Notes: generated by a model from the sequence alone, not told the origin. Counted from the first letter of the whole stretch, positions 1 to 13,083 are shown. The stretch: DNA of 63,166 bases, filler included, from Rhabdomonas costata (GCA_019059605.1; 25 parts of 25 records of this genome joined end to end with filler, not necessarily neighbours in it), one strand, 5' to 3'. Translations and numbers: made by a program.

Positions 1-1171
1 AGGTGTGTGTGTGTGTGTGTGTGCATTCTCGTCACTCGTCGAGGTGTGCGTGTTTTTCGGGGCCTTGTTTCTGAAGAAGCAGTTCTACCGCTCGTTTTTT
101 TTGGGGGGCAGAGACAAATAGAGTTGAGGGAACTTCTTTCTGCCTTTCTTCTCTGATGTCGATGCCTTTGCTTGGGCTTGAACTGTGCCCCACGCACAGC
201 TCTTGGCCCCGAGATGTGCTCCTTAGCACGACCGGTCGCTCTTGTGGCTGCAGTTATCGCGTATGGGTGCATCGATGCGTGTATCTGTGAAGGTAGGGGT
301 CATTGGCAACTCTGTGAACGCGAAGAGCTTGCTGGCCAATGTGTTCCTCTGGTTTCTCGATCGTTTTGTCATGTTGTATGCAATGCATTGGCACCACACA
401 GTAAAAAGTCCCTCACAGCTAAGAAGAAGCCTATGAAAAAGAAGTCTTCCAGCTCTTTGTCCGAGATGTCCGAGATACCACAAGTAAATTTGTATCACCT
501 TGTGTGCGACCCACGCATGTGCCGTCGACGACCCCCACCGCTCAAATGGGTTTCCCTTTTGCAATGAGCTCTCAAAGGCAGCAGCGGTTGGCCTTTTGCC
601 GTGCCCACGGCTCTTGGTTTCTCCTTTGCCTTTTTCTGCTGTGCTTCCTCCGGAGAGTACTTTTACTATTACTGTACCTCGAGTTGCACTCATCGTGCCA
701 GGAAACTGGAACTGTCGAGATCCCGGATTCATCACGCAAACTTTGCAAAATTTCCATTCCTCATCCGATGAACTGCGTCCGATGTTCTGTAATTGCCACG
801 TGCAAGGGAAACAATGGCTTATACTATTTGGGGCATTGTCGTTGGCCACTGCCAATGGTGGTTGCATTCATTTGAAGCCTTGAAATTCTTGGAATTCGTG
901 GATTTTCCGGGGCTGTCCACATGACTCTTGGGGTGGCAACGGTCAACTCCGGTATTTTAGAATTGAATTTTGGCTATTTGAACGGGAAGTTTGTTGGGTA
1001 AGTTGTGGCTGCACTGCAATTCCGCCCCAAAAAACAAAGGTGTCCCACTGCTCCCTCGAAGCGAGAGTTCCTGAACCGTATTCCGAACCTGTGGCAATCT
1101 GGGCTCACAAACAATCTCGGACCACGCTTGCCAGCCAATTTTTTCTCCGTTTCGCCTTAGTTGTGCACGCG

Positions 1172-1203
<32 letters not shown>

Positions 1204-1478
1204 ACGTGCGTGCGTGCGTGTGCGAACCTTCTCTCCAAATCAAACCACAAGACCCGAAACCGCAAGAGGATGTAACCACCTCCTCAGCGGCACTAAAAGT
1301 TGCCGTTATGTGACTGCCTCAGCGTGCTGTGGGGTTGCAGATACATTCTACGTTTTTGTGTACATCTCTTCGAGCCAAATTGAACCTGCCGACCTCCGCT
1401 GTTTTTTCATTGTTTTTTTCAGGCCAGGTCATTGCATTTGAGTGAGTTTCGAAAATTGTTTCCTCCTGTGGAAAGGCA

Positions 1479-2274
1479 ATGGAGCCCCTGCTGTGTTTGA
1501 TCCTTTGGACGATAAGCCTTGGCTGCCAGGCTGTCGTTCACCATCGAAGCCACTTCGATGGCTTCCACCCCGTTACCCTTGGGCAGCACGACGAGCTTCG
1601 GGTAGTGCTGCAGGCCAATCCCTCCACGGGATACTCCTGGGAGCCTCACTTCAACGACAAGGTTCTGGCGCTGAAGAGCTCGACGTGCGTCTACCCTATC
1701 ACCTCGGAGAACTTGGTGGGGCAGCCCTGTGAGATGGAGCTGTGGTTTGTGGGAGTGGCCGCCCGACAGAGGGCCAACCTGACCTTGCGGTATGTTTTAA
1801 AACGAAATGCCCGTTCTCTTTTCTCTTTTCTCAACCATCTAGCCGGTGGGCAGTTTCTTAGGGACTGGCTGGAGATTTCCCTTCCCTTAGAATCCAGCGC
1901 AAGTTGTCGGCAGGGTCGCTTTGGTTGTTGGGTGCGATGCATTGTTTTGGGTCGGTGTGGGATGTGTTGATAAATTGTGCAGCGACGTCAAGCAGTGAGA
2001 GAGGTTCGAAACTATTCTCATAGGCTTGGCCACCTGTGAAGCCCCTTAAGATGTGTTGCTTTTGGTGCGCATGACCACGAAAACTCCCCCACTCTCCCAG
2101 ACAACGTCCCCCACCGAAGCCGTCCCCTCGCCTCCGCGGCGCTGGCCTTCACCACTAAAATAACTCTGTCCCTTTGATCCGGCAATCTCCCAGGAACGGT
2201 TTATCGCGGTCAAAGTCACCGAAGTCTCCACACCACCAGAGGTTTCCAGACAGCAGCGTTATGGGATACTTTGA
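1479..2274 (+). CDS. Chagasin-family (I42) cysteine peptidase inhibitor with signal peptide; second-exon junction abnormal
   Basis: Hydrophobic N-terminus, then LQANPSTGYSW, LVGQPC and LTLRY. A downstream segment at about 2164 reads LCPFDPAISQERFIAVKVTEV, the RPW-equivalent loop and last strand. Confidence 0.75.
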
Positions 2275-2432
2275 AGACCACGTTGGCCACGTTGGCCACG
2301 TTGGTTCAGTTTTATCGTCGCAGCAGCCCGTGCAGTTATCCTCATCAAGACCGGGGGGTAGCGTGCATCTCTCGCCCCTCTCTTCTCAGTTACCGCCGCC
2401 ACTGGGAGACTGACCCTGCGCTGCACCACACC

Positions 2433-2532
2433 NNNNNNNNNNNNNNNNNNNNNNNNNNNNNNNNNNNNNNNNNNNNTTAATTAATTAANNNNNNNNNNNN
2501 NNNNNNNNNNNNNNNNNNNNNNNNNNNNNNNN
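2433..2532. other. Artificial contig-joining spacer (N44-TTAATTAATTAA-N44), repeated 24 times about every 2.53 kb
   Basis: The same 100-nt N/six-frame-stop linker recurs at 2433, 4965, 7495, 10034 ... 60639. Contigs are all about 2.43 kb, so adjacency across spacers is meaningless. Confidence 0.99.
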
Positions 2533-2939
2533 GTTTTGTGTTTTAAATCATCTGTGATGTCACTGCGTCACAGAGCCACTGTTGATTTAAAACTCAAAAA
2601 AAAAACTACGGTGCTCAAGGTGAAGCGAACTCGGAAGTTTTGTCACCACTTAAGGATGCTGGGATTTGGGGAGTGGGCTGCGCAGGAAAGTGGGCAGCCG
2701 TAGGATCAGCGCCAGCCTTCCCTGGGCTGGCGATGGGCGACGGATTGACCACAAGGAAAGGGCTCCCAACCGCCCGAAGATCCGCAAACCTAATGAGTTT
2801 CAGGGGCAACCCACAACCCATGTGGAAGATGGGTCGGTTCGATTCAAAATATATTGAAATAGATAAAGTCAATTATCGACATCTTAATCGATCCGATAAC
2901 ATGAGCAGGCAAAACTTATCCACAGATGGTGAGTTCATA

Positions 2940-3400
2940 ACTTGAGCCTCCCAAAAGCATTCGCTAACGTTCACAATGACCTAGAGCAGGGCGACTGCAA
3001 GTCAAAGCACAAGCATGAGGCCAGGATTCAGCTCGAAGGTTGTGGGACATCGTCATGTGTTGGTGGTTCTCCACTTGACCCAACGTGCCTTCCTGCTCAG
3101 TGCGTAACACCTAAACTCTACACCCAACAGCAGGCCCACTGCAAAAGAAAAAATAAGTGCGAGAGAAAGGGTGCATCATCTGGACCAAAATAAACGCACA
3201 CCTCCCATGGTCGCTTTGAGCGGAGATCAGAGGCGGAGGGGACGGGTTCATCACGGGGCTGACGGTTTTTCCGGGCTCACGGACATCGCCACCTCGACGA
3301 GCAATGGGCTCACCCCAGGGGGGCAGCATCCCTGCATAAACGTGCGTCAGAACATACAGAGCCCCTCTTGAGTCTATGGGATGTGGAGATTGTACACAAA
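2940..3400 (+). mobile_element. Possible highly decayed non-LTR retrotransposon RT
   Basis: Motif-like SLPKAFANV, GGSPLDP, GADG and CINV occur in RT order but across broken frames. Confidence 0.3.
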
Positions 3401-3957
3401 ACATGAGACCCATCGTTTTCGAGATGAATCGAAAACGCTCTGGTGCCCATTGACCCAGGGTGGGACAGCGGTTACCAAACTAGACGAAGACCTTTGTTGT
3501 TGCTTTTCGTGCCATCAACCTGGAAACCTTTGGTTCAAGAGGGTCAGTTGAACTGTGCCGTTGCACCCCGAACGAATTTTGAAGGGTTTAGGTGAGACTT
3601 ATCCACCAAAACACTGCTGGGCAATTGGGGAAGGTGACGACACCCTTGGTTGCTGAGAGTCATCATTTATCTGGATTCCGGACTTTTTCCGATATATGTC
3701 TTGTATTGCTGAGTGTGGAGAGAACACACGCATGGTGCACTTGGCAAGGATGAGTTTTTTCTGGGGAGGACTCGAGGTCCACTTCCCCCCTGGGCTCCCA
3801 CCTGTCGATGGGGCATGGGCCCATCGGGCCTCACATCCTTGTCAGCCCATGGTACCTTGTCCTGCTGTCTTGTCACGTAGGGTTGGTTTACCCCATGTGA
3901 CCCCCCCACACACACACACAACCGCTCACACTCACACTCACACATACGCTCACACTC

Positions 3958-4430
3958 CGTGCACAGGGCACTGGTTTGGTGGAGGTCTTTTTTGTCTCCT
4001 GCGGGATTTCAGAATTTCAAATGCTCTCCCGCTGTACCCCTCTGCTGCTAGGCGGAGGTTCTTGGGAAACCTCAATGGCGCATTAAACCGCGGTTCTAGG
4101 AAGCTCTAACCCTTTGCGCGTACAAGTCAGCTTATCGTCGGTGGCCACTCTTCGACTACCTGGAATTCTCATGTTATCTTCTTACCACGTTTTCTGTGGT
4201 TGTTGTTCTTTCGTCTCACTCAAGCGTGCACGCGAGGCGAGAAAAAAAGGGAATATCATCAGTGAAACAAACCGAAAACATGATTACACTCAGTAATGGA
4301 GAGCCCAAGCGTGGCGCCGTCCGTGGTGCTCTTCGCCAGGGCACGGGACTTCGGCACCTTTTTGGATACTTATCTGCCTCTCTCTATGGCCTTCGCAGAT
4401 CTCCTCAGGCTTCACACGCACACGCACACA
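3958..4430. repeat. Dispersed repeat, homologous to 28941-29335
   Basis: Colinear shared blocks: cgtgcaca..ggtg(g/a)aggtcttt, ggcgga(a)ggttcttgggaaa.ctcaa.ggcg, acgggacttcgg.acct and cttcac.cgcacac.cacat. Confidence 0.8.
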
Positions 4431-5802
4431 TCGATTGCTGTCACAGAAAAGAAGGCATCCTAACGGTTCTCCATCCTAACCGTACTGGCGGTGGAGGAGG
4501 TGATGCGTCCCCCCCACCCGTTTGTCCGTGCCAGAAGTGCAGAAGCACAAAAGATCTGCGGTTGAGTTCAAGGATAGGTTGAACACCGTGGTGGCCCAAA
4601 ATGGCCTCGAGATGGTGGAACCGCGCTCGAAGCTCGTCTACCAAGAAGGGAATCTCGGAGAGCCACTCCGAGGACGGCGAGGGAGTTGGGGCAGGCGAGG
4701 AAGTGTCCGCCCCCGGGGACCACCCCCGAGGGCCCCGGTCTCGCAGGTCGCCAGGCACAGGGAAGACGCCCACGGAAGGGTGCACGAAACCTGCAGAGAA
4801 GCGAAGGCAGAGCGTAACGGTCATCACACATGTCGGGGTTTTCACACACACAGTAAAGGACGCCAATTTTGGTAAGGACACAACCTCAACCGCCCATTCG
4901 CGGCATGTCATTGTCTCCCAAACAAACGTTTGAATTGTTGCAGCGACATGGACACAAAACCACANNNNNNNNNNNNNNNNNNNNNNNNNNNNNNNNNNNN
5001 NNNNNNNNTTAATTAATTAANNNNNNNNNNNNNNNNNNNNNNNNNNNNNNNNNNNNNNNNNNNNGGTGGGTTTGTGAAAAATATTTTAATCCAAATTTTT
5101 GAGAAGTGTTCGAACAAGAGTAGAAGTCGAGCAAAGGACTGCATAGAAATGCAAAAGTGCAGTGTAAATTAGGTAGGTTTGAAAGACGCATCTCAAAAGA
5201 ATGGCGGAGTGCGTTGTTGTCGATGTGATTGACGTGACCACGAAAAGCACGATGCGGGTATTTTTTAATTTTAGTATTTTTATTTATTTTGCTTTGGTTA
5301 TTTTGGCCTTACATGCACTCAACATTCGTTGGTGTTGGAACCCAGCAAATCCGTATCATTCACAGTTTCCCACCGTTTGTAAAACCTCTTTTGCTATCGT
5401 CCATGATCCCGAATTGGTTAGAAATTTGTGATTTTGAAATATTATATCACTGCTATAACATAGTAACATAGTAACATAGTAACATTATATATATCACCGC
5501 TATAAAATTCCAATTCAATCACATAATTTTTTTTGAAGATTCATTGCATTGCAAAAAAAAAGAGCTGCCAGAACACGTGCCCCCCTGCGACCAAAATAAG
5601 CTCACTTCGGGGACACATGTACCGCCCCCTAACTCCTTGCGACACCAAATAAACTCACTTCGGGACCCTTTTCGGAGACTGCCACCGTGTTAGGTTTTAC
5701 CTTAACTGCATGCGCTGCGGCTGCGGCATGCCGTTCATTTTTTTTGTGCAATTTTGCACAGCTAACCTTTTGCTCTGTGATCTCTTTTCTATTTCTGTCC
5801 AG

Positions 5803-6822
5803 GTGCCTGTTCAATACGTTCGTCCGACTGCTGTCACTCCAATGTTGGTCCCTATCGCTTTGAACGCGGAAGGCTTGGCTTTGAATGGTGCCCCCCCCTT
5901 TTTTTTCTCGGTTTTTTTGGGTTTTAAAAGCTGGCGGAATAGTTTTCAATTTTAATTCTTGCGCGTTTGCAGCCCCTTCGGAGACTACTGAAACTGACAG
6001 CAAGGCAGAAAAGTCGGTCTTCACTCTGTGTGAGTTGTACCAGAGGGGAAAATGCGACAGGAAAGACAAGTGCAGACATGTTCACGTGGAGCCCGAGTTC
6101 CTGAGGGAGCAGAGGCAGAAACATTTGGTGTGGGTGGAGGACAATGCCCACGTTTTCGAGCGCATGCCCCCTAATCAGGTCTCATCCCGCACCTGCCCTG
6201 CCGAATTGTTTTGCCGCTCCTTTCCTGGCGCCTGTGCGTGAGTGTCTTTCTTTCTTTTCTTTCTTTTTTTTTTTGCCATTTATGCCTGTAAGCATCCTAT
6301 GTGTCTGGGATATTTAGGCATTCTGGGCAGTCTTGTCTTGTTGTGCGGTGAACGACTCCAAATACTTCATTTTCACTCCACTCCATTTAGCTGCAAAAAG
6401 CACTTCCCCAAGCTCATATTTTCTTTACTGTTTTTTTGAAGGCAAAACATCACGTCACTGCTGCAACGTAGGTCCGCACGGTTCCAAAGACAGGAGCGAC
6501 GCAACTGCACGAACAAACCGAAGCGCAAAAAATTTGACAAAAAACGAGATACCTCGGAACCCCTCTTTTTCTTTTCGGGCATGTTTGCTTTCCGCTTGTT
6601 TTCTCTTTGCTCCGCAAATCCTTGTTTTTTCATTGTGCTCGGAAGGTCTGTGTGGCTCGTGCCAAAGAAATCCTGCTCCTGTTGACAGATGTTGTGTTGC
6701 TGTGTTCTCCACAGGTCTTTGAAGTCTTCAACGCGACAATCAAGGAAGTCATGCAAGTGCCTCGAGTTCAGCTGGAGTACACCAGGGGATTGTTTTTGTG
6801 CCCAGAAGACAGGGACAAAAAG
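5803..6822 (+). CDS. CCCH zinc-finger protein, internal exons (5803-5872, 5973-6178, 6715-6822)
   Basis: CELYQRGKCDRKDKCRHVH fits C-x7-C-x5-C-x3-H. Exons join in frame through a probable GC-AG intron and a GT-AG intron. Confidence 0.75.
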
Positions 6823-7619
6823 GTGCCTCCGAGCACTTCGGTGAATTCCTACTGTGGCAAGGTGATCCAACCACACAATCACCCACATTCACATATTTGC
6901 AAGCCAACGGGATGCGCAAATTTGCATGCCATCGTGCTCCATCGCGTGCCATTGACCGCCGTCGCCATCGTTTTCGACACACCCAATCAATGGCCTGAAG
7001 TGCTGGGCCGACCCAGCCGAGAGTTTAAGCCCGCATGCACGCCCCAGAGTGCCCTTCCCTTGCAATCGGAAATTGCTGTCTATTAAGATTGTTTCCTATT
7101 CCGCCAAGTGTCCCATGCCAGGTCTGGGCTCGATTTCGGCGCCTTGACCGTGCAAATTGCGTGAAGATTTGAGTTGAGTGTCCTTCCCTCCAATTAATCC
7201 TGATGAGGCTGCGTGTAGGTTGGGTGCAGAGAGATTGTTTGGCAAGTTGTTGTGCCAGAAATCCACCTGTCAATTCGCCCCTATGCTTTTGTAACCGCGC
7301 ACGCAAATTTCCAAAACGTTTTGCAAAAATAGGCCCTTGCTCACGTTCCCTGAACGTGAACGTTTTGGAGCACCGACTTGACACCAACTGCACGCGGGTA
7401 GATAGTGTGATATTGGTCAGGAGGGGTTTTGACCTGGTCGTCTCGGGCCGCGAACCACGTTCGTGCTGCCACACATTGAACAGGCCCAAACACCNNNNNN
7501 NNNNNNNNNNNNNNNNNNNNNNNNNNNNNNNNNNNNNNTTAATTAATTAANNNNNNNNNNNNNNNNNNNNNNNNNNNNNNNNNNNNNNNNNNNNGGGTTT
7601 TGTTTCTCCAAAAGGCATA

Positions 7620-8215
7620 GCCCTTCCGCAGCGCAAACAGGCGGATGACAACCCACCCCTCCCAATACAATGGAAAGCCGCGGAAAGCTGAAGGCACGAC
7701 AAGCGCAGTACGTTCTCCAACACTGTGTTGTCCAGAAGCACCGCAAGAGAGCCTCCCAAAGGCGACGCAACGGCGTGTAACGATACACGGGGGACGCCCC
7801 CCATCCGCTGGTAAGTCCTTCCCGGGATCAGGTGATCCAAAAAAGTTCACGGTGGTAATCACCTTCGAGGCTCCGTGGCCTTTTTCTTCATCTTCGCCGC
7901 ACCTTTTTTTCCAAGCAAGCCAAATGAAAAGGCTGATGCATTACATAACAAACTGGAAAAACAAAACCCCAAGGCCACAAACGCCCGCAGCGACTGAAGA
8001 AGAACACACACTGTGTACAAGCCACCAAAGTTAACACAACGCCTCCCTCCCCCAAGCAACACTCCACCAAACGCTCGTGCGTGCAGTGAGAGAGATAAAC
8101 ATATGTGAAACCTGCGGGGGCAGCTTTCTTCCCTTTGTTGGAAATTAAGCGGTACATCCTCTCAAAGTCAGCATCGGTGATCTCTTCCTCCATGGAGTCC
8201 ATCAAGGGGGTGCGC
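7620..8215 (-). mobile_element. Degenerate non-LTR (LINE-like) retrotransposon, RT N-terminal region
   Basis: EEEITDADFERMYRLISNKGKKAAPAGFTYVYLSH resembles the LINE 'EEIT..KAPGPDG..Y' motif. Frameshifted 'PGKD..GGRP..TPLRRLWEALL' follows. Confidence 0.55.
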
Positions 8216-9392
8216 TGAGCCAGCAGGTGTTCCTATCAAAAAGAAACCGCAAAGGTTTCCCGCGCCGTCACGCCACTCCTTGCTTCAAGCCCCCTTCACC
8301 TTCGGTGCTTCCTAAAATGAAGTCATGACGAATACACCGGGCAACCGGGGACAAATCAGCCGAAATGGCATGATCCGAGTCGAAACTTCGCTCTGAATTC
8401 ACTTAGATACGTTTCGTTTTGTTAGGTCCGCAACAGCGCCCAATGACAGAAACGAAACGGAACCCCTCTTCTCCTCTCCCCTCTCTTCAACCCTCCCCGA
8501 GTGGGGCGGCACAAACCACCTCAGGCTTTTCCGCAGCCCGTTTCCGCTTTCGCGACGTGTTTGTGGGATTCCCCTGTAGCCAGATGTGAACAGGAACATA
8601 ATTCCGGATGCATTCCCAGCTCCCCCCAAGAAACAATGTTGCCTGTGGAAAGGGCAACAAAACGATTCCGAAAGTCTCATTTTGTCTCTCCCGCATTGTT
8701 CAACATCGCCTTCGCGTGTTGAGAACCAACCCATACCAACACACACTCACCAACACACACAACACCATTGTACAGCTCCAGGATCCCTGCTGCCTGCTGC
8801 ACTATCAGAATCACTAAAGGAAATAGTCGGACCTTTTCACCTTGGGATGCATAAGGCTACACCGGAAAACGTAAAAGCGCTTCGGAATGTTCATGGGAAT
8901 GAGGAAAGACGGCCACTACCGTTGTGGAAGGCTCCTGAGAGGAGGCCTGCGGACGGCCGACCGGAGCAGAGTCTGAGGCCGTCTCCAGGGAAACACCTGA
9001 GAAATGATAGGCTTGCAAAGTCGTGAATGCATTCCCATCGTGCTTGGGATTTGCTCCTGCCCTCATTGTCTTGGCAGCAAAACTGATAATAGGGCATCGA
9101 TCAAATCCTCATGAGCTTTTGCTGACATAGCAAGACATTGGGGGATAGCCAAGTTGTACATCCAAAAGCAGTGTGTGTGTGTGTGTGCGCGCGCGCGTTA
9201 ATGCGACGGATACCTTGTGAGGGGCTCAGTGGGACCTCTTGGGCGCTGTGGGGTCCGACGTCTTTGCCCTGTGCGCAGGGTTCACAGTGCATGGGTACAC
9301 AATGAGATCAGCAGATCCCACATTTCCTGTCTGCATCACGTCAACGCTCACCTTGCAAAAGAGAACAGCAGCCTATGGAGACCTCCTGGGGA

Positions 9393-9429
<37 letters not shown>

Positions 9430-10178
9430 GAACAGAACAGGAATACCTGCAAACAATCGGATAGGCAGCTCGACTGCCTCGTCGAGACGTCGAGACGCTC
9501 TTCCCCCCTCCCCTGGTTCCCGCATCCCCATGTGCAAAAACAGGCGCGCCCAAAATGTGAATGCGTTCCATTGGTTCGGTTGACCAGCGCAGCACAGCAG
9601 AAACATTGAATCAAAGAGGAACCCAAAAAGGGTGTTGGGGTCCATCATGAGGGCCCAACACGCAACACACCTGCGCTGCCACAGGATCACTGGAGTTGCC
9701 GAGAAGCTCGTCATTGCCGTCCCCTTCCTAAAGACGCACAGAATGAGGCAGCGTGGAACCCAGCTCTGGCTCATTTCCTTTAGTGTAACGAAGCACTCAC
9801 TATCTTGGCAATTTCACCAATACCCGCGAAGACTGTACTCAGATACATCAAGAACGTTGCACTGCAACATATGGATGGGCTCCAGGCTGCACTTTGCATC
9901 TCCTTCACTGACGCTGTCATTTTGCAGAATCCACAGCCCGCTACCAAACTCAAGGCAATCACAAAAATCGAAAATTTTTTGCTTATTACAAGCAAGAACC
10001 CCGACAATGCCATTTAGTGAGTGACACAAAAAANNNNNNNNNNNNNNNNNNNNNNNNNNNNNNNNNNNNNNNNNNNNTTAATTAATTAANNNNNNNNNNN
10101 NNNNNNNNNNNNNNNNNNNNNNNNNNNNNNNNNTTTTTTGTGGTTGCCAGTCGTGATCGCTACTCTCCTTCCTCAACT

Positions 10179-10237
10179 GCTGTGCTGTGCTGTGCTGTGC
10201 TGTGCTGTGCTGTGCTGTGCTGTGCTGTGCTGTGCTG
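10179..10237 (+). repeat. (GCTGT)n microsatellite just upstream of a splice acceptor
   Basis: About 12 pentamer copies ending about 10 nt before ttcag|. Confidence 0.95.
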
Positions 10238-10247
10238 TGGCTTCAGA

Positions 10248-12077
10248 GTCCATGGGCGTGGGCTGCGCTGTTGGTGTTCCCGGGGATCGCCGGGGTCGGC
10301 CTGTGGCAGTCCCTGCGCAGCACCGCGTGGAGGGAGCGCGGTGTGGTGGTGCCCTCGCTGGCGGTGCCCCAGGAGAGCCACCTGTGCTCCGCCATGGGGG
10401 CCTCTCCGCACCCCGCCAGGGCCTCTCTCCTGTATGACCGCAGGCTGTCACTGATCCCTTACGCCGTGGCCGTGGCCGACCCCGAACCTTCTTTGAAGTG
10501 CTGTGCGTTCTCTGTGTGGTTGGGGCGTTCCAGACAGCTTTCGCTTTTCAGGTCAGATGCTCGCGCTGGTCCTGGGGGGGGTGTCACCCATAATTTTCTG
10601 ATTTATGGCATCTTCTTTTCTTCTTGGTGCTGCTGTTTGTGTTATTTGGTGCTGCAACGCTGCGGAACCATGCTTTCGTAGTGCTGGGATAGTCTTCATT
10701 TCCAGAGATAAAATGTTGACCAAGACGTCAGGTTTCAGTACAAGGGACTGGACATGTTTCCGTTCCCCTGGACAAATGGGTCGATATGGGGCACAATTTT
10801 GTGTCGCAGGCTACAGCCTCTCCTCCGCAAGGTGGTAAGTGTGCTACACCACAGACTCGTGCTCTCGGATTGGACACACGGTTGTTTCGCTGTGAGCACC
10901 TTTGCCGACATCGTCACGTTGGAAACTTTGTTGAATGGCGATCCTCGATTCGCGAGGGAAAATGTTTGTCACCTCCCCCAAAAAGTCATGCACCCCCTCA
11001 ATTCCCCCAGTCTCCATGTGTGGCAGCTTCGCAAAACTTGGGGAGCGCGTTGCCCTTCCCCACCTTCCCCACTGCCCCTTTGCAAGCCCACTCCTTCTCC
11101 CGGCAGCGGACTCTGACCGGTGCCCTCCACTTCTCCTTCCCAAGTTCTGGGTTTGTACCTGCACGCAGCCCGTGCGCTTGCCCCTTTTTATTTGGGTGCT
11201 GCAGCAGTTGGGATCGTCTCTCTCTCCCAGGGAAAGCAGTCGGCCCCTGCGAGTGGTGCAGGTGACGGACCTGCACCTGGGGCCGTTCATGTCCGTGCAG
11301 AGGGCTCGGGAGATGTGCGTGACGATCGCGGAGGTGGTGCGGCCCGATTTAGTGCTGCTTACGGGAGATTTTCACACTCCCACCACCGCGAAGAGCTCGC
11401 TGGTATGAATGTGAGCCTCCGCCTGGCACGCTCGCTCTCAGCGATGAGGGGAATCAACCAGTCTTAAAGGGTTTTAAAGGGGTTGAGAGGTTTTCGATGG
11501 CGTTGCAGCAAATGAGATAATGAAGGTCTTCGAGCGCCGACCGTCGGATGAAATCAGGCTACTTTGGACTCTGAGTTGAGAGGCGCTCACATCCAGCCCG
11601 AATGAATCGAGAATTGCCCTCGTCACCTTAAAAGTGAGACGGGAAAATAAAGTGGTGTTAACCAAATGTGTTGTGCTTCTTTTCTTACAAGGGTTTAAGG
11701 AAAATAAAAATATATTATCTCTACATTGCGTCAGCACGCGTCAACGCGCCGGCTCGTTCTCGGTGCGTTCTCGTTCTTTTTCATCTGCCTCTCGGGTTTC
11801 GTGCTCCCGGTGTTTCGGCCATAGCAATGGCTACTTGGACGTTTTGCCCGTGTATTAGCGCTTATTGCGAATGAATCCTTCCTGCGCGCATATCGGTGGT
11901 GCGCACTCTTTTTAATTCCCCACCTCCTCCCGCCAATGGCAGGGATACCTGGTGCAGGCGCTGGCGCCGCTGCAGGCCTTAGCGGCCTCCGGAAGGGTGT
12001 TCAGCTGCATGGGCAACCACGACATTGAGACTGATGACACCGAGCACGGGGTGGTGGAAGACCTGACCAAGCTGAAG
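10248..12077 (+). CDS. Membrane-anchored calcineurin-like metallophosphoesterase (TMPPE/YkuE-like), partial, 3 exons
   Basis: A TM segment, then VVQVTDLHLG, PDLVLLTGDF (11231-11403) and CMGNHD (11943-12077), with splice signals. Confidence 0.88.
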
Positions 12078-12812
12078 GCGTGGCTCTCTGAGGCCCTCTC
12101 CTTTCTCACCTTCCAACATTCAGCACGCTCTCATGCCTTCCCGCTCGTGGGCCGAAAGATTTTTTCCGTGGCACGGTCTGGTAAGCTAGTAACTGAGTGT
12201 GTTTACCTCGACCTTCACTCTGCAGACAGTTCCATCGTTCAAGAGGTTTTGCTCATCACGCTCCTTGTCACTAGAAATTTGCTCTGTTTTCCTTATCGTG
12301 TTATCCATTTGTTCACACAACCTTTAACATAACATCATAAAGCACAGTTTCTGCGATGTGCAAAAGGTACTCCCCCCCCCAGGCGGGTGTGTGTAACTGT
12401 GTTTGAGGTTTCCTAAGAACTTCCAGCCGCAGAGGGGGTCGCATCCCCAAGATGCGGCTACGCAGCGGGAGGGAGTTCAAAAGCTCGCTGGAGTCCGCTA
12501 ATGCCTTATGCCGTAATGTGTGTGTACAGCCTTAGCGGAGAATACCCTCCTCCCCTACACCCCCCCNNNNNNNNNNNNNNNNNNNNNNNNNNNNNNNNNN
12601 NNNNNNNNNNTTAATTAATTAANNNNNNNNNNNNNNNNNNNNNNNNNNNNNNNNNNNNNNNNNNNNTGTTGGGTGTGTGTGGTGGGGTGGGGCGGAAGCG
12701 GGACATCGAACACAAAGACCCACCGTACAAATGATACGCCAACGCACATGCACCCACAGGCGCATGAGAGTGCAAACACACACACACACACAGCAACACA
12801 AATTTCACACGT

Positions 12813-13083
12813 GTGGAATTCCTTGAGCTGTACGCAATGGACATAAATCAGGAGAAGGCATATGAGTCCCAATCATAAAAGAAAAATGGCCTGAAACTTT
12901 TTCAGAATTAACAAAAAAACCGCAGGTTACCATTATCACCGGTAATGGTTGCAAAACTGTTGGGTCCATGAAGCCAATGGCGATCCCGTTCCATTGAGTC
13001 AAGGTCCACCCAACCAAACACACCTGACGGTTCATCCCCAGGGCGGCATCCAGAGAGGGCTTGTCGAAGAATTTCACAAAAGC
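12813..13083 (-). CDS. RRM-domain protein exons (partial)
   Basis: AFVKFFDKPSLDAALGMNRQ is RNP1-like and bounded by cag| and |gt. A small next exon reads LKEFH. Confidence 0.55.

Noticed and set aside
223-867. 214-aa ORF with LFAFTELPM, reminiscent of a DIRS/LTR RT motif
   Set aside because: Only one weak motif, with no catalytic DD motif found.
5587-5670. Short tandem duplications (also 27698-27744, 38979-39027, 46531-46562, 51760-51791)
   Set aside because: Ordinary two-copy slippage repeats without spacer structure.
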